Part shown: positions 1 through 8,332 of the stretch, piece by piece
Numbering within the stretch: position 1 is the stretch's first letter
How the letters are laid out: every line of letters starts with the position of its first letter
Assembly: GCA_934590165.1 (NCBI GenBank)
Contig: CAKTOO010000005.1
Coordinates: 82,431 to 106,430, forward strand
Reading direction: 5' to 3'
Source of the DNA: an uncultured Dysosmobacter sp.
GTDB lineage: Bacteria; Bacillota; Clostridia; Oscillospirales; Oscillospiraceae
DNA: 24,000 nucleotides
The notes under the pieces: model-generated
Databases searched by the model: none
What the model saw: the letters and a program-made list of their open reading frames with translations, nothing else
Told to the model about the DNA's origin: nothing
Position numbers and translations under genes: made by a program

Positions 1-886
1 ACTCGCCGCCCTGTTCACAGGTTCCTTTGCATGCGGTACCCATCTCTTCGACGATGGGAGCGTAGAGGGATTTAATGCGAGTCTCAAGTGCTTTTACCTG
101 AGCATCTAAGGCTCTCTTTTCCTCTTTGAGTGTCAGGATCTCCTTGAGGTTCACCACAAACTTGCGGTCAAGATCCACGGTCGGTTCAGACTTGTCAGCG
201 GGGCCAAAATAGCGACGCAGGGACTCCAGAACTGCATCAGGCTTTTCGACCAGAGGCGGTTCCACACGGGCCATAACGTGATCGTTCCAGAATGCCGACA
301 ACTCCATGATTGTGTTTTCTTCTTCCTCAAGGTCACGTTCAATTTTTTGCCATACAAAGTCATTCTCATTATTTGAGAACAGACAGGCAATGAATGCAAC
401 ATCAATGTTCATCACCGACATGTAGTGGCGAACCTGCAGTTCATAGTGGCGAGGGACTGCGCCGTTTGCCCACTTGAATTGCATATCATAATGCGCCGTT
501 TTGCACTCAAGGATGGCCTTGCGTCCATCCGGCAGGGTTACAAAGCGATCCACATCGGCGATCAGGAATGGGAAAAAGGGGTGTTGGTACATCCAGTGGT
601 CTTCATACACAGATAGTCCTGTCTTCTTCGCGAAGATTTGAGCTACCACATCTTCGAGCAAATGCCCAATCTGGAATGTGATGCTTTTGTCCGGTCCATC
701 ATCTGACATGACGACCCCAATTTTGTCATAATAAAGGTCTCGTGCCGTGCGATATGGAGAGGAATTAAGGGCGACAGCTACATCGCTGCCGCCAATTCCT
801 TTTCGCCTCCAACTGAGCCATTGGTCCTCCGTCAGAGTTGTGATGTCCACCAATCTGTTTGGCGTGTAGTTCAGGTTCAGCCCCAT
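1..886 (-). CDS. YqaJ-like viral recombinase-family exonuclease (PD-(D/E)XK), C-terminus runs off the left window edge
   Basis: Translated by hand; it is absent from the ORF track because it has no stop codon in the window. ATG at 886-884, 4 nt after the stop of the upstream ORF (890). The protein begins MGLNLNYTPNRLVDITTLTEDQWLSWRRKGIGGSDVAVALNSSPYRTARDLYYDK. It also contains ...FLIADVDRFVTLPDGRKAILECKTAHYD..., a D...ExK nuclease motif typical of the YqaJ/lambda-Exo fold. Confidence 0.75.
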   Translation of the reverse strand, partial: MGLNLNYTPNRLVDITTLTEDQWLSWRRKGIGGSDVAVALNSSPYRTARDLYYDKIGVVMSDDGPDKSITFQIGHLLEDVVAQIFAKKTGLSVYEDHWMYQHPFFPFLIADVDRFVTLPDGRKAILECKTAHYDMQFKWANGAVPRHYELQVRHYMSVMNIDVAFIACLFSNNENDFVWQKIERDLEEEENTIMELSAFWNDHVMARVEPPLVEKPDAVLESLRRYFGPADKSEPTVDLDRKFVVNLKEILTLKEEKRALDAQVKALETRIKSLYAPIVEEMGTACKGTCEQGGE

Positions 887-889
887 AGC

Positions 890-1432
890 CTACACCTCTT
901 CGCAGCGGTCAAACCCATGATTGCCGCATTCCGGGCATTCCTGATCATCAGGATCCTCGAATGAGGCAAAGCTCGTTGTCTCTCCACAATGCCGGCACTT
1001 ATAAGCAAGTAGATCTTTTTCAGTGTGCTCAACCGCCCCCGTGTCATCACAGGTAATGTGTTCCTCAAAACATATTCCCGGCTCTGAGGTCTGGATCGTG
1101 ACGGATACCCCGTCTTCTGCACAGGCCTCTGAGAGAGTCAGGCACTCACTAGGAGAATTCTGAGGATATCCACCGATCAAGCAACTGTATGCTGACCATG
1201 CGAACGACGCGACAAACGAGTAACTTGCTTTGGCATCGACGGCAGGCTCGGAGAATTCTTTCATAGCCTCATCAATGAATGTCTGTCTTTTCGACTGGAT
1301 GAAGCTCCGTGCAAAGTAACGCTTGCCTGGAATGGTTGAGGGATCGTCCTCGCTGACAAACCGTTCAATGAACGACTTAATGCCATCCCGTGTACCGGTG
1401 ACACTTACATACCCAAACGCCCAATTAGGCAT
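890..1432 (-). CDS. Hypothetical protein with C-terminal CxxC...CxxC zinc ribbon; MPNW N-terminus resembles DUF1281/Api92-like ferredoxin-fold proteins
   Basis: 180-aa ORF tightly packed in the minus-strand operon. N-terminus is MPNWAFGYVSVTG. C-terminus carries KCRHCG...ECPECG. The family assignment is from memory of the MPNW motif only. Confidence 0.6.
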   Translation of the reverse strand: MPNWAFGYVSVTGTRDGIKSFIERFVSEDDPSTIPGKRYFARSFIQSKRQTFIDEAMKEFSEPAVDAKASYSFVASFAWSAYSCLIGGYPQNSPSECLTLSEACAEDGVSVTIQTSEPGICFEEHITCDDTGAVEHTEKDLLAYKCRHCGETTSFASFEDPDDQECPECGNHGFDRCEEV

Positions 1433-1444
1433 AATCTATCCTCC

Positions 1445-1705
1445 TTATTCTTCAAAATCAGTATTGTAGTGCTCGACAATCTCAGTCGGCTCGTCAGATG
1501 CACAGTTGCCGTAGACAACAGTCTGAAGTGCTTCCTTGTCTGGATCGTATTCTACGCAAGCCAGGATCGCTGTAGCGCCATCCTTGCGTACATAGTCGAT
1601 GAAAACGCCTGGATAGTCTGCTGCACAGTCAGTCTTATCGTGCTTAGCGTAAATCGCGAGTTGTCCTACTGGCGTATCAACAATAAAATGCCGAGTCTTT
1701 TCCAT
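1445..1705 (-). CDS. Hypothetical small protein
   Basis: ORF 1445..1711 trimmed to the ATG at 1705, which is preceded by AAGGAG (reverse complement of 1716-1721). It overlaps the stop of the upstream ORF by about 29 nt. No recognisable motif. Confidence 0.55.
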   Translation of the reverse strand: MEKTRHFIVDTPVGQLAIYAKHDKTDCAADYPGVFIDYVRKDGATAILACVEYDPDKEALQTVVYGNCASDEPTEIVEHYNTDFEE

Positions 1706-2249
1706 ATTCAATCCGCTCCTTATTTTCGGTGATATCTTTCATGACTGAATCCATAGCGGAGAGTACTACCTCAACTCCCTCGAAGATGTGGTCACTATCT
1801 AATGCCCACATCATGTCATGGAATTCGCCGTCTGGCGTGTAGACAAAGCACTCCCACCAGTTGTTGTGTTCCATATCGAGTCGATACCGTTTATGCGTAT
1901 CGCCAATGGCAGCATATAAGGCATGGTCCGTCTTCAGATATGGCAAAACATCAACGCCAAAGCGTCCAGAGTTACTCTTATCTTTGACATAGAGTAATTC
2001 TGTACCATCACTCTTATCGTAAAGTGTGGCGTAGATATCTCCGCAGGCGTGGATGGCAAAAACACACCCGCGCACCTTGATAGATACCACCAGGCCGCCG
2101 TACCAGAGGGAAGAATACTGCTTACGGCAAATCGGCTGATGGAACTCAACTTTGATAGGTTGATGTATCCTTCCAATCTGCTTTCTGATGTGCCAGCAAA
2201 GGAGTAGACGCTGTAAGGCGCTGATGCCTTCGAAGGTTATATTCTTCAT
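1677..2249 (-). CDS. Hypothetical protein
   Basis: 190-aa ORF with ATG at 2249, 17 nt after the stop of the upstream 383-aa ORF. It sits in the same operon. No recognised domain. Confidence 0.6.
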   Translation of the reverse strand: MKNITFEGISALQRLLLCWHIRKQIGRIHQPIKVEFHQPICRKQYSSLWYGGLVVSIKVRGCVFAIHACGDIYATLYDKSDGTELLYVKDKSNSGRFGVDVLPYLKTDHALYAAIGDTHKRYRLDMEHNNWWECFVYTPDGEFHDMMWALDSDHIFEGVEVVLSAMDSVMKDITENKERIEYGKDSAFYC

Positions 2250-2265
2250 GGGGGATCACCGCCTC

Positions 2266-3417
2266 TTACCACGTAAAGTCACCGGGATGATCATACTCAT
2301 GCCAGTTCACATTCAAGGCACGGGATACGATCTCCTCCAGCTGAGCGATCCTCAGCCCAGAGGCACCGTCACACTGCGCAGAGAAGATCACATCGCTCAT
2401 CTGCATGAAGAGTTCATAGGCCGTGCAAGGACTGTCTCCATGAATTGCTACGAAATAGTCCATAGCTTCATAGGAGGCTTTCTTTGGGGCCTTGATTCTT
2501 TTCAGGACACGCATGAGTGTTGTGACGGGATAGCGGATCTCGATGTTCATAAGCTGCACTTGCTTGTCCAGTGCCTTTTCAAACTGCGCATAGACCAATC
2601 TGAGCTGTTCCTCAAAATACTGCATATCCACGCCATTCTTGTGTTCGGTGCGAATGGAGTACCCCAATGGAACAATACGGCTCTCGGCACCAACCAGAAA
2701 GATCGGATAGAGATTTGCGCCGCTCATGCCCACATCGGAGGTGGAAAAGCGCAGCGCAGGAACCATTTTCTCAGTTTGCAAGCCTTTGGCAGCAATCTCC
2801 CTATGATATGTATCGAGAAGCTTGTCTGCCTGCCCATCCAGACGCCAGATTGCTGTCGCAATGGAGTGATCGAAGTGGGCTGTCATAAAAGTGTTTCCGG
2901 GATACTCACGGTTGAGAAAGTCGCTCGTTGCCTTAAATAGAGGTAGCATCTCCATAACGGTGTAGTCTTTCGGATCGCCACCATGTACTGCCGATACCTT
3001 CTCATCTGCGATTTTGATCAGGCTGTCACCGGAGGCGACGCCCATGCAGTAGTTGAGGATCTCAGCGAATACCGTCTTGGAAACTTTGTTGAGTGCATGC
3101 CCAGAGATGCGGGCTCGCTCGAGAACTGTTTTGATCGCGCAGGAACGAACCGGATAGTCCTTACCATCCACCTTCAGCAGGAGGCTGGTATTCTCCATTG
3201 TGTCTTCGAGAATCTCAGCGGCACCATTGTGGTCATAGATCTGCATGTACAGATTCCCAAGCGTGGAGCCTCGTTCCACCGGTTCGAACTGTAGTTCTCT
3301 GGATGGAGCGGTCATCCATTTGCTGCGGGCTTTCCGGTCACTCAGGAATTGAAAAAAATCCCCAGGCTCCGTAAAGCTACGACTGAAGTTGTCCGTGAAT
3401 ACTTTGCTTTCTGTCAT
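2266..3417 (-). CDS. Hypothetical protein, possibly DUF932-like (phage/plasmid-like protein family)
   Basis: 383-aa ORF with an AAAGGTGG RBS before the ATG at 3417. The internal segment ALRFSTSDVGMSGANLYPIFLVG resembles the xNSxDGSxA core of DUF932, but the match is weak and motif-level only. The longer of two overlapping antisense ORFs was chosen. Confidence 0.6.
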   Translation of the reverse strand: MTESKVFTDNFSRSFTEPGDFFQFLSDRKARSKWMTAPSRELQFEPVERGSTLGNLYMQIYDHNGAAEILEDTMENTSLLLKVDGKDYPVRSCAIKTVLERARISGHALNKVSKTVFAEILNYCMGVASGDSLIKIADEKVSAVHGGDPKDYTVMEMLPLFKATSDFLNREYPGNTFMTAHFDHSIATAIWRLDGQADKLLDTYHREIAAKGLQTEKMVPALRFSTSDVGMSGANLYPIFLVGAESRIVPLGYSIRTEHKNGVDMQYFEEQLRLVYAQFEKALDKQVQLMNIEIRYPVTTLMRVLKRIKAPKKASYEAMDYFVAIHGDSPCTAYELFMQMSDVIFSAQCDGASGLRIAQLEEIVSRALNVNWHEYDHPGDFTW

Positions 3418-3671
3418 TTGCTTGTTCCACCTTTCAAATAATTATTTCTCAAACCCGCTAAAGCGGCATTTGGACAAAAAAAGAGCACCTTGATCTGAAA
3501 TTCAAATCAAAGCGCAAAATGAGAGGCGAAACATATTGTTCGCCCAGAAGTGCCAATATGAATTGGCTCACAGCTTATGAAGCTCCGCATCGGAGATGAA
3601 ATCTAATAAGTACGGAGACAGGATACCATTAGATCCATCCATTCGCCAGAATACCCATTTCTGCTTTCTGG

Positions 3672-3704
3672 ACAAAAAGGCGCTAATCCATTTGGATTAG
3701 CGCC
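3672..3704 (-). terminator. Rho-independent terminator after the 3714..4205 gene
   Basis: Perfect 11-bp stem GGCGCTAATCC (3679-3689) / GGATTAGCGCC (3694-3704). The A-run at 3672-3678 gives a U-tract on the minus-strand transcript. Confidence 0.75.
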
Positions 3705-3713
3705 TAAATCACA

Positions 3714-4205
3714 TTATTTGAACTTAAATAGTTTCAAGCCAACCACTATTGGGGAAGCAAGCTCGGCCTCCATATGGCGAGTACATTCCTCCATCTCTGA
3801 AGCTACCTCACTAATTACCATATGCGTATGATCCGCATTCCATCCGCATAGGAGAAAGCTACCCCGCTCCGTCAACTCGACTGTACGCCATATGGGGCAA
3901 CTGCCATCGAACTTGATAGAGCAGCCGATCATCTTACAGTGCAATGGCATTGTAGGCTCCGGAACCCTCATAACCACGCAAGCTCGGTCAGCAGAATGGA
4001 AATCCGTTACAGTAAAGTCGGCAGAAGAATATTCAACGAAATCTTTTGTGCCTTTCGCATCCGGCTCGATATAGTTATACGCTGTTGCCAAAAGCTCGCC
4101 TCTCTTTTCTATCGCATATTGGATGAAGCGTTTCGGCTGAGCGTAAAAGGTGTATGGCAAATGCTCATGTTCGTTATAGTACCTCTGCAATGCAGCGCTA
4201 TACAT
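3714..4205 (-). CDS. Hypothetical protein
   Basis: ORF 3714..4286 trimmed to the ATG at 4205 (MYSAALQRYY...), which has a strong RBS GAGGAGGGAG 5-6 nt upstream. The longer version would overlap the upstream gene. Confidence 0.6.
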   Translation of the reverse strand: MYSAALQRYYNEHEHLPYTFYAQPKRFIQYAIEKRGELLATAYNYIEPDAKGTKDFVEYSSADFTVTDFHSADRACVVMRVPEPTMPLHCKMIGCSIKFDGSCPIWRTVELTERGSFLLCGWNADHTHMVISEVASEMEECTRHMEAELASPIVVGLKLFKFK

Positions 4206-4243
4206 TTTCTCCCTCCTCACAAGTTTTTCCGATATCATGGGCT

Positions 4244-4540
4244 CTAAAATAGATCCTTCAACGGCACCTTTCGTTCCACAAACCAACGGCCGATCGTATT
4301 GCCCGTTAGATTAGTGGATCGTTCAAAATAGAGATATGTTCTTGCACCATTGACCTGGATGGTGTAACGATCGCCTTGCCCGCCGGCTTTTGCAGCATAG
4401 GCAGGACGAATATCAATCACGCGGTCTATTTCATATTTCTGGCCATCTTCCCAGATGATTTCCCTGGGCAGCATTGTCCCATCCGAACGATGCTCTACAA
4501 AAACGGTCACATAGACCTTATAAGCCTCACCTGGCAGCAT
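4244..4540 (-). CDS. Hypothetical small protein co-transcribed with ImmA
   Basis: ORF 4244..4624 trimmed to the ATG at 4540 (MLPGEAYKVY...), 2 nt after the ImmA stop codon, which suggests translational coupling. No recognised motif. Confidence 0.55.
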   Translation of the reverse strand: MLPGEAYKVYVTVFVEHRSDGTMLPREIIWEDGQKYEIDRVIDIRPAYAAKAGGQGDRYTIQVNGARTYLYFERSTNLTGNTIGRWFVERKVPLKDLF

Positions 4541-4542
4541 AC

Positions 4543-5091
4543 TTAACTCAACGGCTGCTCCAGATCTCGCTTGAGGAAATCCCCATGCGCGATATACGGA
4601 GCTATGATTCTTACACCTTGGCATTGTAGAATCCGGAGCTTGAAGTCCAGTAACTCAGGTGGCACATACAAACACTTCGCTGTCTGGTAAAAGTCCATTT
4701 GCATCTCTAGTGATTCTATGACTGCGTCATCGCTGAGCATGAACTCCGCAGCAAACACATTTGCCTCATACTCCATTCGGTTTGTATCCTCAAACATTGC
4801 AAACTCATGGAAAGTGTTAATGGCCGAATCGCTGTGGAGAACTGCATGCCCTAGCTCGTGCGCAATGATAATTCGTTGAATGCTGTCGGGCAAATCGCTG
4901 TTGATCACAATCAGTTTGCACCGAGAAGAAACTAGGAAAAAGCCCTTGCAGGAACGGGGGCTCTTTCCCATTGGGCGCTCCATCACCTGGATATCCAAGT
5001 ACTTGCAGATCTCATACGGGTCATCCGTCTGATATTTCTTTTTCAATCGGCTTACTTCCTGCCTAATCGTCATCGTCAGCAATCCACTCAC
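4543..5091 (-). CDS. ImmA/IrrE-family zinc metallopeptidase (anti-repressor protease)
   Basis: HEXXH motif in IIAHELGHAVLH, with a downstream EYEANVFAAEFLM-type segment. The gene sits directly downstream of an XRE repressor, as in ImmR/ImmA modules. The start is ambiguous: GTG at 5091, TTG at 5082 or ATG at 5073. Confidence 0.85.
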   Translation of the reverse strand: MSGLLTMTIRQEVSRLKKKYQTDDPYEICKYLDIQVMERPMGKSPRSCKGFFLVSSRCKLIVINSDLPDSIQRIIIAHELGHAVLHSDSAINTFHEFAMFEDTNRMEYEANVFAAEFMLSDDAVIESLEMQMDFYQTAKCLYVPPELLDFKLRILQCQGVRIIAPYIAHGDFLKRDLEQPLS

Positions 5092-5177
5092 CTCACTTCA
5101 GAAAGTAGTTTTCTATGATACAGCCTGACAGTACCACAAGGGTTGTCCAAAAATCCGTACACTCAGAATATTCCTGC

Positions 5178-5615
5178 TTACTTTTTGTAGTCTTTACGGG
5201 TGAACTTCTCGCTGGCTCGCTGCTTATTTGCAAAATACGCCTCAGTGACTGCTTGGAAGAAAAGCTCCTTATCCTGCTCAGGGACATCTCCACCAGCAAA
5301 GAGAGCACGCGTTTGTGTCAGCAGCTGCTCTACATCAGTTGCTCCTTTACGGCCATAGGCTGCTCTTGCGCTCTCGATGTATGGTGCCTCTTCAAGTCCA
5401 TAGTTGGGATCTACGATCTCATCGTTGCTTAGATATGCCGTGGAAACACCCAGCACCTCTGCCAACCTCTGAAGATTCACACCGCGAGGCATTACACCTT
5501 GTTTTTCGTATTTGGTAATCGTGCGCAGCGTGACACCAATCTTATCGGCCAGTTCTGTTTGCGTAAGGCCCAGATGCGTGCGGCTCTCTCGAATCTTTTC
5601 ACCAGTCGTCTTCAT
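5178..5615 (-). CDS. XRE-family helix-turn-helix repressor (ImmR-like)
   Basis: N-terminal HTH IRESRTHLGLTQTELADKIGVTLRTITKYEKQ. GAGGAG RBS before the ATG at 5615. Divergently oriented from the polymerase operon. Confidence 0.85.
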   Translation of the reverse strand: MKTTGEKIRESRTHLGLTQTELADKIGVTLRTITKYEKQGVMPRGVNLQRLAEVLGVSTAYLSNDEIVDPNYGLEEAPYIESARAAYGRKGATDVEQLLTQTRALFAGGDVPEQDKELFFQAVTEAYFANKQRASEKFTRKDYKK

Positions 5616-5658
5616 AACCGTCTCCTCTCGCAGGTTTGGAAAGTTTTTGAAAGTTCTA

Positions 5659-5688
5659 TTGACAAACCATTTTCTGACCTGCTATTTT
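5659..5688 (+). promoter_or_regulatory. Candidate sigma-70-type promoter for the polymerase operon
   Basis: TTGACA at 5659-5664, an 18-nt spacer, then TATTTT at 5683-5688. The -10 element is weak. Called by eye only. Confidence 0.3.
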
Positions 5689-5694
5689 GTTATT

Positions 5695-5796
5695 AGAACT
5701 TATTGGAACTTAATAGAACTCGATTGGAACTTTAGGCTCATTATATTCTGCGAACTGGAACTTGTCAATAGGAACTTTTAGGAACTTGATGGAACT
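5695..5796 (+). repeat. Array of 8 direct RGAACT(T) repeats phased at about 10 bp (putative operator/iteron array)
   Basis: RGAACT copies start at 5695, 5705, 5715, 5726, 5757, 5771, 5781 and 5791. A partial copy CGAACT lies at 5751 and an inverted copy AGTTCT at 5652-5657. The array lies between the XRE start (5615) and the polymerase start (5824). Confidence 0.7.
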
Positions 5797-5823
5797 AATT
5801 CTTAAAGGCTATGGGCAGGAGGT

Positions 5824-7077
5824 ATGCCGAATATGGACGGTCGAGTTGTATTGCATAGTGACCTCAACAATTGCTATGCGAGTATTGAATGTATGCTGCA
5901 TCCGGAATTGCGCGGAAAGTACATTGCGGTTTGCGGCAGCGCAGAGGATCGACATGGGATCGTTCTTGCGAAGAACCAATTGGCAAAGCAGTGTGGGGTG
6001 AAGACAGGTGAAGTGATTTGGGAGGCACGCCAGAAGTGTCCGCAACTGACGATTGTAGAACCGCATATGGACCAATACTTGAAATTCTCCAAAATTGTCC
6101 GCTCTATCTACTTGCGATACTCTCCGGAAGTCGAGTCATTTGGCATTGATGAGAGCTGGATCGAGCTGACGGGGTCCCCGCTTCTCCAGCAGAAAACTCC
6201 GCTTGAAATCGCCAACGAGATTCGGACTACTGTGAAAGAAGAAGTCGGACTCACCGTTTCCATTGGCGTCAGCTTCAATAAGATTTTCGCGAAACTCGGC
6301 TCAGACATGAAAAAGCCAGATGCCGTGACTGTCATAACGCGGGAATCCTTCAAAGATCAGATCTGGCCGCTCCCCGTATCAGACCTGCTCTATGTGGGGC
6401 GAGCAACGACGGAAAAGCTTCGGCTCTACGGGATCCGTACCATCGGAGATCTGGCCCAAGCAGATCGGGCAATGCTAATTCGCCGGCTTGGCGTCAATGG
6501 TGAAAAGCTGTGGGTGTTTGCCAATGGACTGGATCAATCGCGCGTTATGCCATGCGACTACGAAATCCCCATCAAGAGCGTGGGGCACGGAATCACCTGC
6601 ACGGCAGACCTGCGTACAAATGAAGAGGTTCGACATGTTCTGATGGAGCTCTCACAGGAAGTGGGAGCAAAGCTGCGGAAAAGCAAACTGGCTGCCACGC
6701 GGGTCCGCATCAGTATTCGCGACAGCACACTGTCTCAGAGAGAGTACCAAGGGAAGCTGGAATTCCCAACTCAAAGTTATACAGAGATTGCTGCAGCTGG
6801 CTTTAATCTGTTCTGCCGGCGTTATCCATGGCCTGCGGATGTTCGATCTCTGACGATTAGCGCGATCGACCTGATCCCCTCGGATACACCAATTCAGCTC
6901 GATCTCTGGTCTGACTTTGAAAAGCATAATAAGCGTTTAACTTTGGAACGCACCGTGGAAGATATCCGCCATCGCTATGGGCTCGGTATGATCAATTTTG
7001 CGGCACTTACCTTTGGATTGAAAATGCCGACACATCGTGAGATCGAATATAAAATGCCATCTGTTATGTATCACTAA
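5824..7077 (+). CDS. Y-family DNA polymerase (DinB/UmuC, ImpB/MucB/SamB family)
   Basis: GGAGG RBS. The N-terminus VVLHSDLNNCYASIECMLHPELRGKYIAVCG matches the D-x-N/D-x-F/Y-ASVE catalytic motif. Further matches include SIDESWIELTG and the SIGVSFNKIFAKLGSDMKKPD palm motifs. Confidence 0.9.
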   Translation: MPNMDGRVVLHSDLNNCYASIECMLHPELRGKYIAVCGSAEDRHGIVLAKNQLAKQCGVKTGEVIWEARQKCPQLTIVEPHMDQYLKFSKIVRSIYLRYSPEVESFGIDESWIELTGSPLLQQKTPLEIANEIRTTVKEEVGLTVSIGVSFNKIFAKLGSDMKKPDAVTVITRESFKDQIWPLPVSDLLYVGRATTEKLRLYGIRTIGDLAQADRAMLIRRLGVNGEKLWVFANGLDQSRVMPCDYEIPIKSVGHGITCTADLRTNEEVRHVLMELSQEVGAKLRKSKLAATRVRISIRDSTLSQREYQGKLEFPTQSYTEIAAAGFNLFCRRYPWPADVRSLTISAIDLIPSDTPIQLDLWSDFEKHNKRLTLERTVEDIRHRYGLGMINFAALTFGLKMPTHREIEYKMPSVMYH

Positions 7078-7090
7078 GGAGGGACAGATT

Positions 7091-7441
7091 TTGATAACCA
7101 AAGTTGAGGAATTCCGGGACAAGCATACTGTCTCGGTCAACAGCAAGGGCGATATCCTTATCACAGGCTTCACCAACGCGAAAAATGAGAAGTGCTTCTG
7201 CATTATGGCAGACGGCCATCGCTATCATGAGTATGGCATCTCCACCGGCAGCCTCCTTCTCTGCCAGCGCGGCGCCGCCATCAATGACGGAGACCTCATC
7301 ATCGTGAAAGAGGACGGAGCTTTTACTATTTATCTTTATCTGAAAGACCGCAAAATCAAGGAGGATGGCGATAAGCGCATTCTCCATAACAAGTCCAAGG
7401 CCTACGCCAAAGTGATTGGCTCGTTCAACTTCTTTGAGTAA
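7091..7441 (+). CDS. UmuD'-like S24-fold protein lacking the Ser-Lys catalytic dyad
   Basis: ORF 7037..7441 trimmed to the TTG at 7091, 7 nt after AAGGAGGG. CIMADGHRYHEYGISTGSLLLCQRGAAINDGDLIIVKEDGAFTIYLY aligns by eye with UmuD [46 protein letters not shown]. In that alignment GDSM is replaced by ADGH. Confidence 0.5.
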   Translation: MITKVEEFRDKHTVSVNSKGDILITGFTNAKNEKCFCIMADGHRYHEYGISTGSLLLCQRGAAINDGDLIIVKEDGAFTIYLYLKDRKIKEDGDKRILHNKSKAYAKVIGSFNFFE

Positions 7442-7466
7442 TCAGGTCTGGCAGAAAGGACGGATC

Positions 7467-8009
7467 ATGAGCAAATTCCAAAACTACCTGAAAACATTTG
7501 ACATTACCAGTACGCTGACCGAGGAAGATATTGAAAAGACGATGGCATTGCTCCAAATCTATGGGCCCACCGTTAGACGGACAGCCGCAAGAATCGATGA
7601 ATTTGAGGAAGAGTGCTATGAGAGCCGGCGGCAATCCATCTCAGACTTCATCAATTTAGCCATCGACTATGATCGTGACACCGATCGCAAACGCATTTCG
7701 GACCGTTTGGCGGAGATGGGGCACAGCATGGAGCTGCTTTCCGTTATGGAAGAGGCATTGGTGTTAGTGAAGGACACCCCGCCGAACGGCGGCACCTACT
7801 ATAGCATCCTGCAGGCCCGCTACTTTGATGTCTACTGCACTTCCAATGAGGATGCCTTCCTGAATCTGGGGATGTCCTCGTCTACTTACTATCGTCACAT
7901 CAAGCCGGCGATTCGAGCATTTGCCGCAAACCTCTGGTGTGTTGTCATCCCTGATCTGATCATCAAGGAGCATATCCAGAATAATGGGAGTCAGGTGGGA
8001 GTCTCATGA
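7467..8009 (+). CDS. Putative transcriptional regulator with C-terminal sigma-70 region-4/ArpU-like HTH
   Basis: ORF 7416..8009 trimmed to the ATG at 7467 (AAAGGA RBS). The C-terminal LGMSSSTYYRHIKPAIRAFAANL is a typical HTH of ArpU/DUF1492-type late regulators. Motif-level call only. Confidence 0.5.
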   Translation: MSKFQNYLKTFDITSTLTEEDIEKTMALLQIYGPTVRRTAARIDEFEEECYESRRQSISDFINLAIDYDRDTDRKRISDRLAEMGHSMELLSVMEEALVLVKDTPPNGGTYYSILQARYFDVYCTSNEDAFLNLGMSSSTYYRHIKPAIRAFAANLWCVVIPDLIIKEHIQNNGSQVGVS

Positions 8010-8117
8010 GAGTCAAATGAGAGATAAAATGATGGAAAATAGAGAGGAGATTGGAAGCCAAGCGAAATTGTAGTGTAGAGAATCACCCCTTATAATGGAT
8101 TATGCTGAAGCACCTAT

Positions 8118-8152
8118 AGCCTCTCGGGGAATTTCCCCCGAGAGGCTTTTTT
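8118..8152 (+). terminator. Rho-independent terminator
   Basis: 12-bp perfect stem AGCCTCTCGGGG (8118-8129) / CCCCGAGAGGCT (8135-8146), followed by TTTTTT (8147-8152). Confidence 0.85.
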
Positions 8153-8188
8153 GATCCCCGCGTGCAACAGCCAATACTGGAACAAATT

Positions 8189-8224
8189 GCCGACCATTCT
8201 CGCATGAGAGTGGCCGGCTTTTTT
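8189..8224 (+). terminator. Second, tandem rho-independent terminator
   Basis: 13-nt arms GCCGACCATTCTC (8189-8201) / GAGAGTGGCCGGC (8206-8218) with one A.C mismatch and one U.G wobble. Followed by TTTTTT (8219-8224). Confidence 0.6.
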
Positions 8225-8332
8225 GTTGCCTTGACTGGGAGCATGATCCATGTCCGGCGCTGGCAATCGGGCTCGTGGCCCGCCTTCAAGTCGTTCGTCC
8301 GCATCCGCAAACGAAACGACTTGGAGGTAAAA

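Noticed and set aside
2188-2940. 250-aa plus-strand ORF
   Set aside because: It is antisense to the longer 383-aa minus-strand ORF, which has a good RBS and sits in a tightly packed co-directional operon.
3418-3671. Possible ncRNA or small ORF (23-aa MRGETYCSPRSANMNWLTAYEAPHRR at about 3519-3590) in the 300-bp minus-strand intergenic region
   Set aside because: Only short hairpins (GGCGAA/TTCGCC, CCAGAA/TTCTGG) and one imperfect inverted repeat were seen. There is no RBS and no terminator pairing. The region is most simply the promoter and 5' UTR of the 383-aa operon.
5695-5796. CRISPR array
   Set aside because: The repeat unit is only 6-8 nt with roughly 2-4 nt spacers at 10-bp periodicity, far too short for CRISPR repeats and spacers. 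No CRISPR-like array was seen anywhere in the window, including next to iscB.
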